From Blasia pusilla (lineage: Eukaryota): a stretch of 64,000 nt of DNA. Both the position numbers and the translations under genes were made by a program. Where the stretch lies: the NCBI GenBank assembly GCA_050084515.1, contig CM114271.1, positions 28,148,001 through 28,212,000 on the forward strand. The letters run 5' to 3'. Under the pieces are notes generated by a model. That model did no database searches. It was not told where the DNA came from and was given only the letters and a program-made list of their open reading frames with translations. Shown in pieces: positions 39,770 through 52,524 of the stretch; the first letter of the stretch is position 1; every line of letters starts with the position of its first letter.

Positions 39770-42700
39770 ATGGCATCTGCAGTTGGGAGCATGGCTGCAG
39801 TGAATGCTGGAGTCGCGTTGAAACAGGCCGTGCCATCATCGTCGACCTTTGTTTCTGGAAAGAATGTCCAGTCTCTTGGCTCGTCGTCGGCTTTCTCTCG
39901 TCTGTCTTTCTCTGACGTACGCAGTAGACGGAGCAAATCTGTGGCGAAGAGCGGCGCTGTCCGAACTAATGCCATGGCGAAGGACCTGTACTTCAACAAG
40001 GACGGCTCGGCCACCAAGAAAATGCAGGTAGGTGGAGCTGATTTTGTTTTCCTTGAGGCTTGCAGTTTCTTGCGGTCTTCCCTGCAACGGTAACGAGAAT
40101 CGTCACGAGAGGTACCTATGTTGTTTAGCGTACCTTGGTGGTACGCACCGGGGCTCGTGGGTCGTTGTTGGAGGTTTTGAGCTCTAGTGATGTCTGCCGC
40201 AGGCTGGAGTCGACAAATTGGCCGACTTGGTTGGAGTCACTCTCGGTCCCAAGGGTAGGAATGTCGTCCTGGAGAGCAAGTATGGATCACCTAAGATTGT
40301 CAACGATGGTGTGACGGTCGCCAAGGAGGTAAGGTGTCTTATTTAAGATTTTTTACGGTGTTCATAACATCATATTTTTCGTGCTGGAAATGCCTGCCTT
40401 GCCCTACTTTGCTGCCATTATATTCTTGTAGCGCTTTTGTGCGCCGTGATATTTCGCCGACTGCATTTTGGTGACGAAGAGGACGTGGTTGTTTGTTTCC
40501 TATAGAATGTTCCTTTGGGCATGTAAGATTCTCTTTTAGTCTTTGGCCATGTTTCCAACGTTATGAGATGTATGGTCTTCTCTTATGGATGATGTGCTAG
40601 CTATCGTCTACCTCGTAGAGTTGCACGCTTTGGGTTTATGGTTTATGCTTTTTGTTCATTCACTGTAATCTTCTGCAAGCTTTGGCTTGAATGTGGCGGC
40701 AGCAGTGTTTTCGCATTTTGTGCCGATGTGCAGAGGGCCACGCTTTCTGTTGGTAGTTCTTGGGTTGGGACTTTGCCCCGTCAGCCTGACTGTTTTTGTT
40801 GCACGCTTCCAGGTTGAGTTGGAGGATCCCGTAGAGAACATTGGTGCGAAGTTGGTTAGGCAAGCTGCCGCAAAAACTAATGACCTAGCTGGTGACGGAA
40901 CCACTACGTCTGTTGTTCTTGCGCAAGGTCTCATTGCAGAGGGTGTGAAGGTGAACTCACTTTCATATTTAACCATCTGGTTGTAGACGCTTAAGCCCTC
41001 AGCAGCTCGTTTCCTTGTATGGTTCCATTTAGAGTTTCTTATTCGTTTCAATTATGGGTCAGGCCCACTCGATGGCATCGTCTGGATAAGTCTCGAAAGC
41101 CTTTAACTTGACTGACCCTATCTAAATCCCCTCGCTTGACAGGTTGTCGCAGCCGGAGCTAACCCCATCCAAATCACCCGAGGAATCGACAAGACAATTA
41201 CTGCCCTCGTCAAGGAGTTGAAGCTCCTCTCTAAGGAAGTATGTGTTTCACGAGCTTCACACCGGGCATTCTCACATGTCTACGTTTTGTTTTTTTGAGG
41301 GAGAGATCGCTTTATCACGTTATATACTGCCGTATGTCTGACCTAATGTGTGGATATCTGGCAGGTGGAGGATAGCGAGCTGGCGGATGTTGCAGCCGTC
41401 AGTGCTGGTAACAACGAAGAAGTAGGTGCCATGATCGCAGAGGCTATGGCTAAAGTTGGGAGGAAAGGTGTAGTCACACTCGAGGAGGGTAAAAGTGCAG
41501 AAAACAGCTTGTATGTGGTCGAGGGTATGCAGTTTGACCGTGGTTACATCTCACCCTACTTCGTCACGGATCCTGAGAAGATGAACGTGGAGTATGACAA
41601 CTGCAAGGTTTGTTGTGGGATGGTCAGCTGTGGCTTAATTTTATTATTGTTTTCAGCAGCTCTGAAAGAAAGATAAGCTTGGGATTTGGATGGAATGTCG
41701 GGGAATCTGCCTTGGCTCATGAACCCCTGACATGGTCTGTGCAGTTGCTTCTGGTTGACAAGAAGATCACCACAGCACGGGACATGATTGGGATTCTAGA
41801 GGATGCGATCCGGGGTGGATATCCTCTGGTTATCATCGCGGAAGACATTGAGCAGGAAGCCCTGGCCACGCTTGTTGTTAACAAACTTCGGGGATCCCTG
41901 AAAGTTGCTGCACTTAAGGCACCTGGGTTTGGAGAGCGGAAGAGTCAGTACTTGGATGACATTGCCTGCCTCACTGCAGGTATGTGGTTTTTTTAGGGAT
42001 CTTTGGTAGCATGTCTGATAGAATTTATGTGATCTAATCATTCTGATCATAATTCTCTGTGTAAGGTTGGAGTGTTAAGATGTATGACAAGATCGGAAAG
42101 GTCTAAAGAACATGTGTGGTCCGGGTCGTGATGATCACCCCACGAACAAATTCGTTTGCTTTACCAATTCTATTGAAGTAACAGTAATTCAGCTTGGGCT
42201 TCTCGAAGTGCATGACAGTCCTCAAATGTCTGAGGGACAAAGTGGATCATTTATAATCTCACTTTTATCTGGTATGGTTTCTAGGGACTGTGGTCAGAGA
42301 TGAAATTGGCCTTTCATTGGACAAGGTTGGGAAGGAAGTTTTGGGAACTGCTGCAAAAATTGAGCTAACCAAGGACTCTACTACGATTGTTGGTGATGGA
42401 AGCACCCAAGAAGCAGTCACCAGGAGAGTTGCGCAGATTCGGAACTTGATTGAGGTAAATATTGATATGTCTTTGTTAACTTCAGTGCATGCAGAGGTAC
42501 CTGTGAATATGAAAGAAGTGGCTAATTTCATGGCGAAATTGTAAAACCTCCTCTTTCTGGTATCAATGATGTAACCCGCTCTGTGGTGTCTCTGTGAACA
42601 GAATGCCGAGCAGGAATATGAGAAGGAGAAGTTGAACGAAAGAATTGCGAAGCTTTCTGGTGGTGTGGCCATTATTCAGGTATCGTCTGTTTATGACCTA

Positions 42701-44557
42701 CTGTAGAAAATAACTCCCGTTTGAATGCAAGGCTCAGTGGGACACAGTAAGGTTTCCTGTGAGATGAGAATGGTAAAGACAATTCTTTCCAGAGAATTTG
42801 TTGTAACCTGACTCTAAAGAAATACAGAACTCCTCTGTAATCACAGATTCCCTTTTTGTCTCCAATAGTCTCGCAAGTGTAGAGCACGTTCTCCACACAC
42901 ACATGATAAATCTTTCAAGCAACTTGCTCAAGGGTTAAGTTTTACATCCCACTTCTGGAAGATTACAGGATTACTGGATTTTACCTTCCATTTCTTTTTC
43001 TCAAAGACTGTTGTCTTACTTTATGTATGTCACGGGTTTTTTAACAGGTTGGCGCGCAAACTGAAACAGAATTGAAGGAGAAAAAGCTCAGAGTGGAAGA
43101 TGCTCTGAATGCAACCAAGGTGTGTACCTGGAGATCAACTCAGCAGCTAAGCTCGTCGGGTCAGATGTTTTCAATCAACTAGGAAGTAACTGTCATTCTG
43201 AACAGAATGTGTGGAGAATGTGAATGGGCATCAGGGGCAAGAGTTCCTAGAACTAATCATAACTTATGTATCATTTATCTTACAGGCAGCAGTAGAGGAG
43301 GGGATTGTTGTGGGTGGAGGCTCAACACTTTTGAGACTAGCAGCCAAAGTGGATGCTATAAAGTTATCTCTTGAAAATGATGAACAAAAGGTGAGGAGCA
43401 TTTTTTTTATGATAGCATGTTGAGGTTTTTGTTTGGAGAGATGGTTGACGTAGAGTTTCTTTTAGTGTTTTGTTGTAGCTTTGTGTTTGCTTATACCTGC
43501 TCTTTCTGGAAGGTGCATTATATAGGTAGTAGTTTGGAAGATGCACTAATTGTGTAGTCAAATGAGGTTTTCCATCCCTGGAAGGAGAAGCTTCTGTAAC
43601 TTCTGCACTTGAATGTCTCAGTGTGGTAGAGGTGGATACGTCTCCAGTTTATCTAAGAAGTTTATCCTGTTTGGTGGTCTACTTTGCAGGTGGGAGCAGA
43701 TATAGTGAAGCGGGCATTATGCTATCCTTTGAAGCTCATAGCAAAGAATGCGGGAGTGAATGGAAGTGTTGTAGTTGAAAAGGTAAGCTGACTACTCTTC
43801 ACTGTAGGGGTGTATTTGATTGGAAGATTCAGGGATGAAGATCATTCCAACTTACTATGACCAGATACACAGCCTTGCTGATGATGCCTGCATTCCATGG
43901 ATTGGCTGCATCTGGTTTGCACATTAACCATATGTACTTGGTTGGTCTTTGCAGGTACTGTCCAATGATAATCCGAACTGGGGTTACAATGCTGCCACTG
44001 GCGTGTATGAGGACTTGATGGCTGCTGGTATCATTGATCCATCCAAGGTGGGTTATCTGAGACCATTGAGCACTCAGTCTGGTGTATGTCTGGGTACTTC
44101 TGTACTTGAGTTTTACTGGTCACTGGGTCCTGTGGAACATGGACTTGAACTACAATTCAATGTCTAAAAGGCACTACTACTTTGGTGATGGTGATGGTGT
44201 TGGGATTCAATGTTATCCCTCTGTATCTCCTCTCATGTTGTCATCTTGTGCAGGTTGTAAGGTGTTGCTTAGAACATGCTGGGTCTGTGGCCAAGACATT
44301 CCTGACATCTGATGTCGTAGTTGTGGAGATCAAAGAACCTGAATCTGCAGCTGCTCCAGTGAACCCAATGGATAACTCTGGTAAGGCCCGATTCCGGTTC
44401 CAAAGCGGTAGTCCATGAAGTGAAGAGAAGTTGATCGTCGTATTCACTCCTATTTGCATAATGAGTATTTTGAGTTGTCTTCTGATTTGCTTGAGGTGCC
44501 AGTGGGCGTAATTCTGATTGGTTTGAGTACGCCTGGTGTGCAGGTTATGGATATTGA
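39770..44557 (+). CDS. CPN60B: chloroplast chaperonin-60 beta subunit (RuBisCO large subunit-binding protein beta), 14 exons, 615 aa
   Basis: Exons 39770-40027, 40203-40328, 40813-40950, 41143-41238, 41365-41607, 41745-41979, 42285-42454, 42602-42679, 43048-43119, 43286-43390, 43690-43782, 43955-44047, 44254-44380, 44544-44557 (1848 nt, phases consistent). Ser/Ala-rich transit peptide, [48 protein letters not shown]-terminal NPMDNSGYGY. Confidence 0.96.
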
Positions 44558-46299
44558 AAACAGTAGGCTGAAATCACAGTTTTCGCACTAAAAAAGATGA
44601 TTCCGGTACATTTGGGTTTTGTTCCCATTCCCACAAGATAGGAAACTGCGGATTTTAGTAATCCAAGACTCCGAGGTTGTGACATCCTATGAGTAGCAAC
44701 ACATATCTCTCTTGGAATAATTGATGAGCTGTAGAGGAAATCATCAATGATTAATATTAGGTGGGACAGGCTTGTCCGTCCCAAATTGTAGAATTAAATA
44801 TGCAGTAAACCAAAATGGAGTTACACTTTCAAATTGCATGTGTGTTTGCTATCTAGGATGGATAGGTCAAAGGTTCAGTGAAATGGAATGGAATGTTACG
44901 TGGTAGAGGGTGGTAATACTGAAGAGAGCTGCCTCAGGAAATGGAGAATCATCCGCCCATGTTTCTCACAAGGTGACAATCATGGGCGGAAGTTTTTCAG
45001 AATTGAAAACCCACGCCAAGGCATGTAGACTCTCAATGATTAAAAGGTCCAAAACGCCCGGAGTGTAGTCATGACGAGAGACAGCTGAGGAGTAGACGAG
45101 GATGTTATCAAATTTGGTGGAAATGAGAGTCACTGTCCTAGCAAAGATAAATTCGGAATCTTCTAGTAAACCATGAAGGCCAGTCACTACGTAATGAGTG
45201 ATCCATCGAGTTCCTCCGTATTTGGAATTCGTGCGATAAACGGTTGACTGGGTTTATCCACAGCATACGCACTCAACGATGCTGAATCTTTCTGGGCCCT
45301 CCATTGCGTAGTGGAATCTGACTCCGTTCATGAGTCCTAAACCGCATATTTGAACTAGTGTATGATCCGGTACGTAAGCGTGAAAGAGTTGTGAGGAAGA
45401 TTCACGATGTTTCCCTAAGACGTTCACGGGTTTAGAGTGGAAATCTATACTATTTAATTTGTCCAAATTAGGATCTTTCGATTTCGATTGGACATTATGT
45501 ATGGAAGATTCAAAATTATATATTATTCTTATGATCGGGAAGATTTGAAACACCTACTAGTGATGTAATAAGGACTATAGGGCGATCCTCAAATTTTAAA
45601 AAGCCCCTCCTCTCTTTTCCAATTTACATTTAATTGTCTCAAATTTCATCCTCTTTTGATTATTAGTTGATTTAAAAAATAATACAATGTATTTTGAAAA
45701 GATGTTAGTATTCAAGAATTGAATTTCTAAAATTGTTATAAAATAAAATTTCATATTATAAATTTATACAATTATTGGAGAGTTTTTTTCACTTCTCAAA
45801 CTTGTGACTAAGAAAATGAATGATACTACTGGAATATATCTTATAAAAAATAAGATGGTTCCAAGTTTTCTTAAAATGATTTGAGAATTATAAAAGTCAA
45901 GTATCACTTTGGAAGATAATTTCAACTTGCATATTGTATGGACTTACACTAGTATAAGAGAACCCTAGGAAAATTTCATCCTTAGAGCCACACTCCTTGA
46001 AAGGATATTGCTACCTTTTATCATGCCTCTTAGGACATGTAATTGTTTTCATGTAATGTTCTTGTAAATGTTTGTTGCGTAGAGCAATTGGATTGATTCT
46101 ACATAGAAGTAGTACGCAACAAGTCTTTACCATCACATTGTTGGTAGGTTTGTTTCTTGACAAGTCATCATTGAGAGTCATGATCATTCAAGCATTTTAT
46201 TCTCTGGCACCATGATGTTTATTCTCTCATTGTTCATCTCCTAGGATATGGAATGGATGACAATAAGTTAACCAAAATTAGAGTGAACTCATCCCTAGT

Positions 46300-46560
46300 C
46301 GACAATCGTTCTTGACCTAAGTAGACATCATTTTCATATGGATGAGAATGGTTTATTTTGTACTTAATGAGAAGAAGGGGATTGTGGGGCATATGCATCG
46401 ACTTCATTAGCTAAAGAGTCCACGAGTTTGTTCGAGGTGTTGAAAGCATCCACACCCAAGAATGATTCCAAATCTACCAGGTGTCTGTTTGGAAGAAGGT
46501 AGAAACATTTGCGGAGGCTGTGTTCCGACCTTGCTTGCACTGGGGCTATGAGGTGTAATT
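46300..46560 (+). mobile_element. possible Tc1/mariner (plant-type) transposase relic
   Basis: FHMDE(fs)WF and KVETFAEAVFRP resemble VHIDEKWF...KVMFL.AVARP; very degenerate. Confidence 0.3.
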
Positions 46561-47378
46561 CCCTACTTCGTTCTCTGTGTTATACGCTCAATACAGGATG
46601 AAGAAATAGTCCGCATGGTGAATACTATGTCAAAAAATGTGCTTCCATGTTTTGGCGTCTGATGACTTACAATGTTCTTCTCATACAACCCTAAAATGAA
46701 CGTTCGGCTACTACAACGAAGAATGTTAATGCATTGGAGTAGCGCTTATTTAGGGTTCAAAATAAGGGAACTTGAAATAGTTGAAAGAAAGCACCTTGAA
46801 ATATCCATGGTTTAGGCTTCGCCAAGTTTCACTAAACCCTGAACTACACATCAAAATCCCTCCACACTTTTATGCTTGATGCAAATATGCCGCACTAGCA
46901 TACTTCTTGTCCTTATGTCCTAGATTAGGTTTGGAGTAATTTTTTTGTCGTGGGTTGCAGATGATACTTGTCTCCTATCTTATTTTGAGTCTCAAAGACT
47001 AAGTTTGAGACTATTCTATCTACGTTGTGGCATAGTTTTGATGTTTAGAGAAGATAGGGAGCTTGAGCTGAGAATGAAGGATCATATTTGCAGATTTTTG
47101 AACGGAAATTATCCTCGTTATCATTTTTTTACTTTTGGAGTTGCCATCTCAAAAGTTGTGGCGAATCAATTTCATAGGAATTGTACAAAAAGAGGGCTAA
47201 AATATCAGATGATATGGCTCATCACACTTGCACATTTCAATTTGGTGTTGAGAGCATGGTTCCATGGAAGTGGAAAGGTTCATCCATGAGACAAACTTGT
47301 TCAAACATGTTCGACGACATACCATCTTTCAGTCACTCACACATGGGCAGGTTCTAGGTTAGGACGGGGCGCAAGAAG

Positions 47379-50300
47379 TGTAGAAAACTACTAAAGAAAT
47401 ATAACTTGTGGGATTTTATTCACACTCATACACCACCATGGAGAACAAAATTTTGCAATGAGAGAATGAGGAAAGGCTGACCCCCTTCTCAATTATATAG
47501 GGTATATATAAGAAATCCTAACATTAATTGTAACCATAGTCTCAAGTTAGACTAAGTGTCATTAACTAACCATAATTAATATAATCGTGCTTATCTAACT
47601 AACCAAGATTAAGCTTTCCTACTTTATTTGGTACTCATACAAGGAATACAAGGAATACAAGGAATTTCTCTCTGATAAAATGGTAGTGCACTTTAACATC
47701 TATGCTTTGTTCGAACATGAAACACAAGGTTATTAGCAAGCTTGATGCCACTAATATTGTGCACATATATTACATTAGATACTAAGTTACTAATACCAAT
47801 CTCAACAAGTAATCAATGAAGTCACACGGCCGCTCATGCTACATTGGTTGTTCTTTTGTATTCATGCTTTGTTCAAGATAAAGTAACTGTAGGTTGCTTC
47901 TTAGAAGCCTAACTTATAACTTCAATTTCCAAGGTAAATGAGGAATCAAATATGGAATGTCTATCATACATGCTTCCTGTCCAATCAACATCTATGAATC
48001 CTTGTACGTGTAAAATCGGAGAAAGTTCAAATTGAAGCCCGAATTGAAAAGAGAATTTCACATACGCATAATCCTCCTTAGAGCATCAAGGTGAGGTTTT
48101 CAAGATGCTTGCATAAATTGGATCACTAGACCAATTGCATAGCTTAAGTCTGACTAGATTATAGTCAGATAGACCAAACTTCTAACCATGCGTTTATAAA
48201 TATTATAATTTGTAAGCATCTCTCCTTCATCCACTCTTAGCTTCATACTCTTCATACTCTTGTCCAACGGTGTAGAGATTGGCTTACAAGTCATCATACC
48301 ATATTTTGAAAGCATATAAAGAGCAGATTATCGTTATAATAACCACATGCTCTTTCCAACCATGATAAACTCTACACCAAGGAAGTGCTTGAGTTCTCCA
48401 AAGTCATTCATATAAACTTCTACATATAACTTTAGCTTGACTTATTGTACTATATCCTCAGTACTCCCAATAATCAAGAGGTTTTCAACATACAACATAA
48501 TGATAATCGTATGCTATTTTCCTCTCAAGATATAAAATAAGAAGGTAGAATCACATACCCTAAAGCCCAACTCTTGTAGGACATATATAATCTTGCCATA
48601 CCAAGCTTTTTGAGCTTGTTTGAGCCCGTATAAAGCTTTCTTTAACCTGCATACGCGGAATGGAAACTCTTGATGCTCATATCCATGTGGTTGAATCATA
48701 TATACCTCCTCTTATAGATCTCAATTCTAGAAGGAATTTTTGATGTCCATGCGATGTAACCTTCACTTCTTACTTACTAAAACTCTTTTCGTAGTTGCCA
48801 TCTTTGCAACATGGCTAAATATCACCTCATAATCGATGCTATATAATTGTGCATAGCCCTTTGGAAACCAATGTGTGTTTGTATTTGTTCCTATATCAAC
48901 TTGATTACGCTCAACTTTGTGAATCCATTTACAACCAATAGCTTCCTTACTGAAGGTATTTCAACCAACTCCCAGGTTTGTTGATATCTTAATACAACAA
49001 GCTCTTCTTCCATAGCTTTAATCCATTGGACCTTACTTGCAGCTTCTTCAAAACAACTCAACTTCTGTTCTTGAAGAATAGTCATCATATATGCATAATG
49101 TGTTGCAAGGAATCCTTCATTTATGAATCTATGAATAGGATGTGTGACTCTACTCTGATCTACGAAGTTTTTTAGAGGTGTATGAATCTAACATCTGACT
49201 CGAGCTCTAACTAGTGTCAACACACTAAATACCTACTCTTTTCGACTATGGACTAAAAAATTTAACTAAAGAATCTAGAACCTCTTCTTATCCTACGCTA
49301 GTACTTGGGGAATTTATATGCAATTTCTATTGGTTTATAGTCATATTCTCCCCTCAACACACAAGTTTAGAGGTGGAATAGGCTCAGGTGGAACATACCA
49401 TAACTTAATCTCATCAAAGAAAACATTATGACTAGTAATAAGCTGATTAGAGGATAGAATGTAGCACTTTTACCCCTTAGTTTCATCATCGTAGCCTATG
49501 AAGATACATCTTTCATATTTGGGGTCTAGTTTCTAACCTCTTTCAGAAGGAACATGAGCATAACAAATACAACCAAATACGTTCAGGAATGAAAAATTAG
49601 GTTTAGTTCCTATGAAGATTTTGAATGGAGTCTTATCATGAACTCATACTATTGGAGGTAGCTTGATTAAGAAGACTACGCACCCTAAAATCTCTGCCCA
49701 ATACACCTTAGGTAAGTTCTTATCATTCAGCGTGACACGTGCTGCCTCAATAATATATCGATTCTTCCTCTCAGCCACTCCATTTTTTTGTGGAGTGCAA
49801 CAGCTAGTCACTTGTCTTTGGATGCTATTATGATATAACTAGTTATTAGACTATGTTGAAAGGTACTCTCCTCCTCCATTACAACGCAATCTGAGAGTGT
49901 GTTCTCCAATCTACTTCTTTACAAGAATTCTGAATATTTGAAACATTAAGGATATCTTTGACTGGATTTGAGAAAGTATACCCATATATACCTAGAGAAG
50001 TCATCAATAAATGAAATAAAGTACTAACAACCACTAAGATTATGTTGTGATGTTGTTCACACATCAATATGAGTCAATTCCAATATCTTGGATGCTCTTC
50101 TACCCTGCTTTGGAATGAAAATATAGCTTATTTTCCAAATTGGGAAGCAGGGCATATCTCTAGTACATTAGAATTGGCTAATTTATGAAGTCTTACTATT
50201 AGATTAGATGATGAAAGAGTGTGTAATTTTTCAAGATTGATATGCCCAATTCTCTTATGCTGCACATTTAGATTTGTGATTTTTTGGCTAGTTTGACCAT

Positions 50301-52524
50301 ACATTAATGTTTGAATCTCTAGCATAGAAATATCTAATTTGAAAATTTATGGAGATCAAGTTCATTTGGCTATCATATTATGGTCATCTATTATTTCAAT
50401 GAAACAACCGTATGTGTTAAACTTCACTTGATAACCCTATTCAACTTTTTATCATAGAGAGTTCAAATTTCTTGTTCTCTATGTTCTCTATTGTAGGAAC
50501 ATAGAGAACATCTCCAAGAGCACAAAGATTATCTGATGCTATTGGAACTTTATCGATATGCGCGATATGATGTTGAGTATAATCTCTTGTGAGCACTATT
50601 GTAGGATCTTTCGCCGACTTCATATTACTGAACCATTAAGCTTGTGAGCTCATATGATTCCATGCACCAAAATCAATGGAATCGAGTCTTTCTTGACCAT
50701 TGTTCCCATATGATGAATCATAATAAAAAGTTGCTCAGTTTGTAAATGTTGTTGTTAATACTATCCTTGGTAATGTTGCTCTATATAACTTTGTTGTTGT
50801 AAGGCTTATGTTCTGATATCTGCCTTCCTCTTGAAGCAAAACTTTGCATAGTGATCCTTAATCCCACACTAATTGCAAGATCCAAGGATCCTCTGTTGAT
50901 GATCTCGATCCCAATAATTTCCACCATCACCACCTTGTGATTGTGTCTGGTACTCGTTCGTAGTTGATTGATTGAAGTTATGTTGAGTGCCTCTTCCTCC
51001 ATATGCTTGTTATCCACCACAGAAGCTTCTACCACGACTTTTATCTCTGTTTGATCAATTACCTCCAAATAGCGAACTCTCTTGCATACTAAACAAGCTA
51101 CTGCTACCTACTAGGCGTATCTCTTCACTAATTAACAGTGGAACTCAAAAGACTTGTAATCCTTTGGAAGACCTTGAAGAGAGAATAAAATGAGATCATC
51201 ATCTTCTATTGTTACTTCTATTCAACTCATCAACAATATGTCTGATACTCAAAATATAATGATTGATGTTTTGCGATCCTTTCCTCACTTTGTTTAATTG
51301 TTGTGGAAAACTTGAAATTACGTTCTTGTGAGTAAAATTGTTCTTCATGGAGTATTCTTAGACAATAATCATAGATGAGAAGCTAGATAAGCAATATTAC
51401 AATGTTTGGAAGTTTTGTATGAGATAATTTCTCATGGGTCACGAAGTATGGGAGCTTGTTATAGATGATGAGGTCAAACCAAAAGATGACTCAACAGACT
51501 TGAATGTTTGGGCTTGAAACAAAAGTGCAAGGCAAGTAATCCGCTTGATCAGTTCGCCAATGATTGGTCACATTCAAGATGTTGATACTCTGAAGGAAGC
51601 TTGGGATGTATTAGAAAAAATATTTCAATTGAAGCTTTCATGAATTTAATTTTGCTTATCTAGCGTCTCATTTGAGATTGCTATTGAGAAGAACTCCATG
51701 AAGAATGATTTTACTCACAAGAACGTAATTTCAGGTTTTCCACTACTCCAATTGAAGCATAGACCACTCCTAAATAGAAATTGACTTGAAATTTACCAAA
51801 ATTGATTAAAGATATAGAAGAACATGTCGAAATTGGCATGTAGAGAGCAAATTGCACAACTTTCCTTCACTAATTGCACTTTCCTACATTGAAATTGTTG
51901 TTGCAGGAGCTCAGAATGTCGAAATTGAGTGATTTTGGATGATTTGGAAAGCTCTCACCGACCATTTCAAGATGGTGAGAACTAGAATCCAACATAATTT
52001 TGTGTGATGCAGACCTAGATTTCTAAATCAACCGGAAAAACCATAAAAATTGCCTCCAAAGTTTTGTCATCATGAAAGCTCGGGCTGAAATCTTCTTTCA
52101 TGGAGATCTCCATGAAATTTCCTTCTCCCCTACTTTGATTATGCCTTCTCTTTCCTATGTTCTCTCCTCAAACACCAAGAATTTCAATCGATGTTCTCCT
52201 ATCGCTATGATATCATATAGGAAACTGCTAAAGAAGCATAATTGGTGGAATACGACTCTCACATTTACACACCACCATGGAGAACAAAATTTTCCATTGA
52301 GTGAATGAGTGGAGGCTGATTCCCTTCTCAATTATATAGGGTGTGAACAAAAACCCTAACCCTAATCGTAACCATCATCTCGAGTTAGACTATTTGTGAT
52401 TAACAAGCCCTACTTCAGATAATCGTGCTTAACTTACTAACCAAGATTAACCTTTTTTCTTTCGTGTGAGTATCAAATATAGCAGTTCTGATGTCAGATG
52501 AACTTGAGTATATCTCAGATTTCA
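47379..52524 (-). mobile_element. decayed near-full-length Ty1/copia LTR retrotransposon
   Basis: Direct-repeat LTRs at ~47379-47640 and 52216-52524 (shared CACCACCATGGAGAACAAAATTTT...CCCCTTCTCAATTATATAGGG). Degenerate tRNA-Met PBS at 52204-52215 (plus GCTATGATATCA vs GCTCTGATACCA). Minus-strand gag, protease (DFGAWNHM), GAG-pre-integrase (HKRIGHIN), integrase, RT (RLKKALYGLKQAQKAWY) and RNase H (ASKKQPTV) in copia order. No convincing TSD. Confidence 0.9.

Noticed and set aside
44544-44557. Tiny terminal exon encoding GYGY
   Set aside because: This is the normal plant Cpn60-beta C-terminus, not a novelty.
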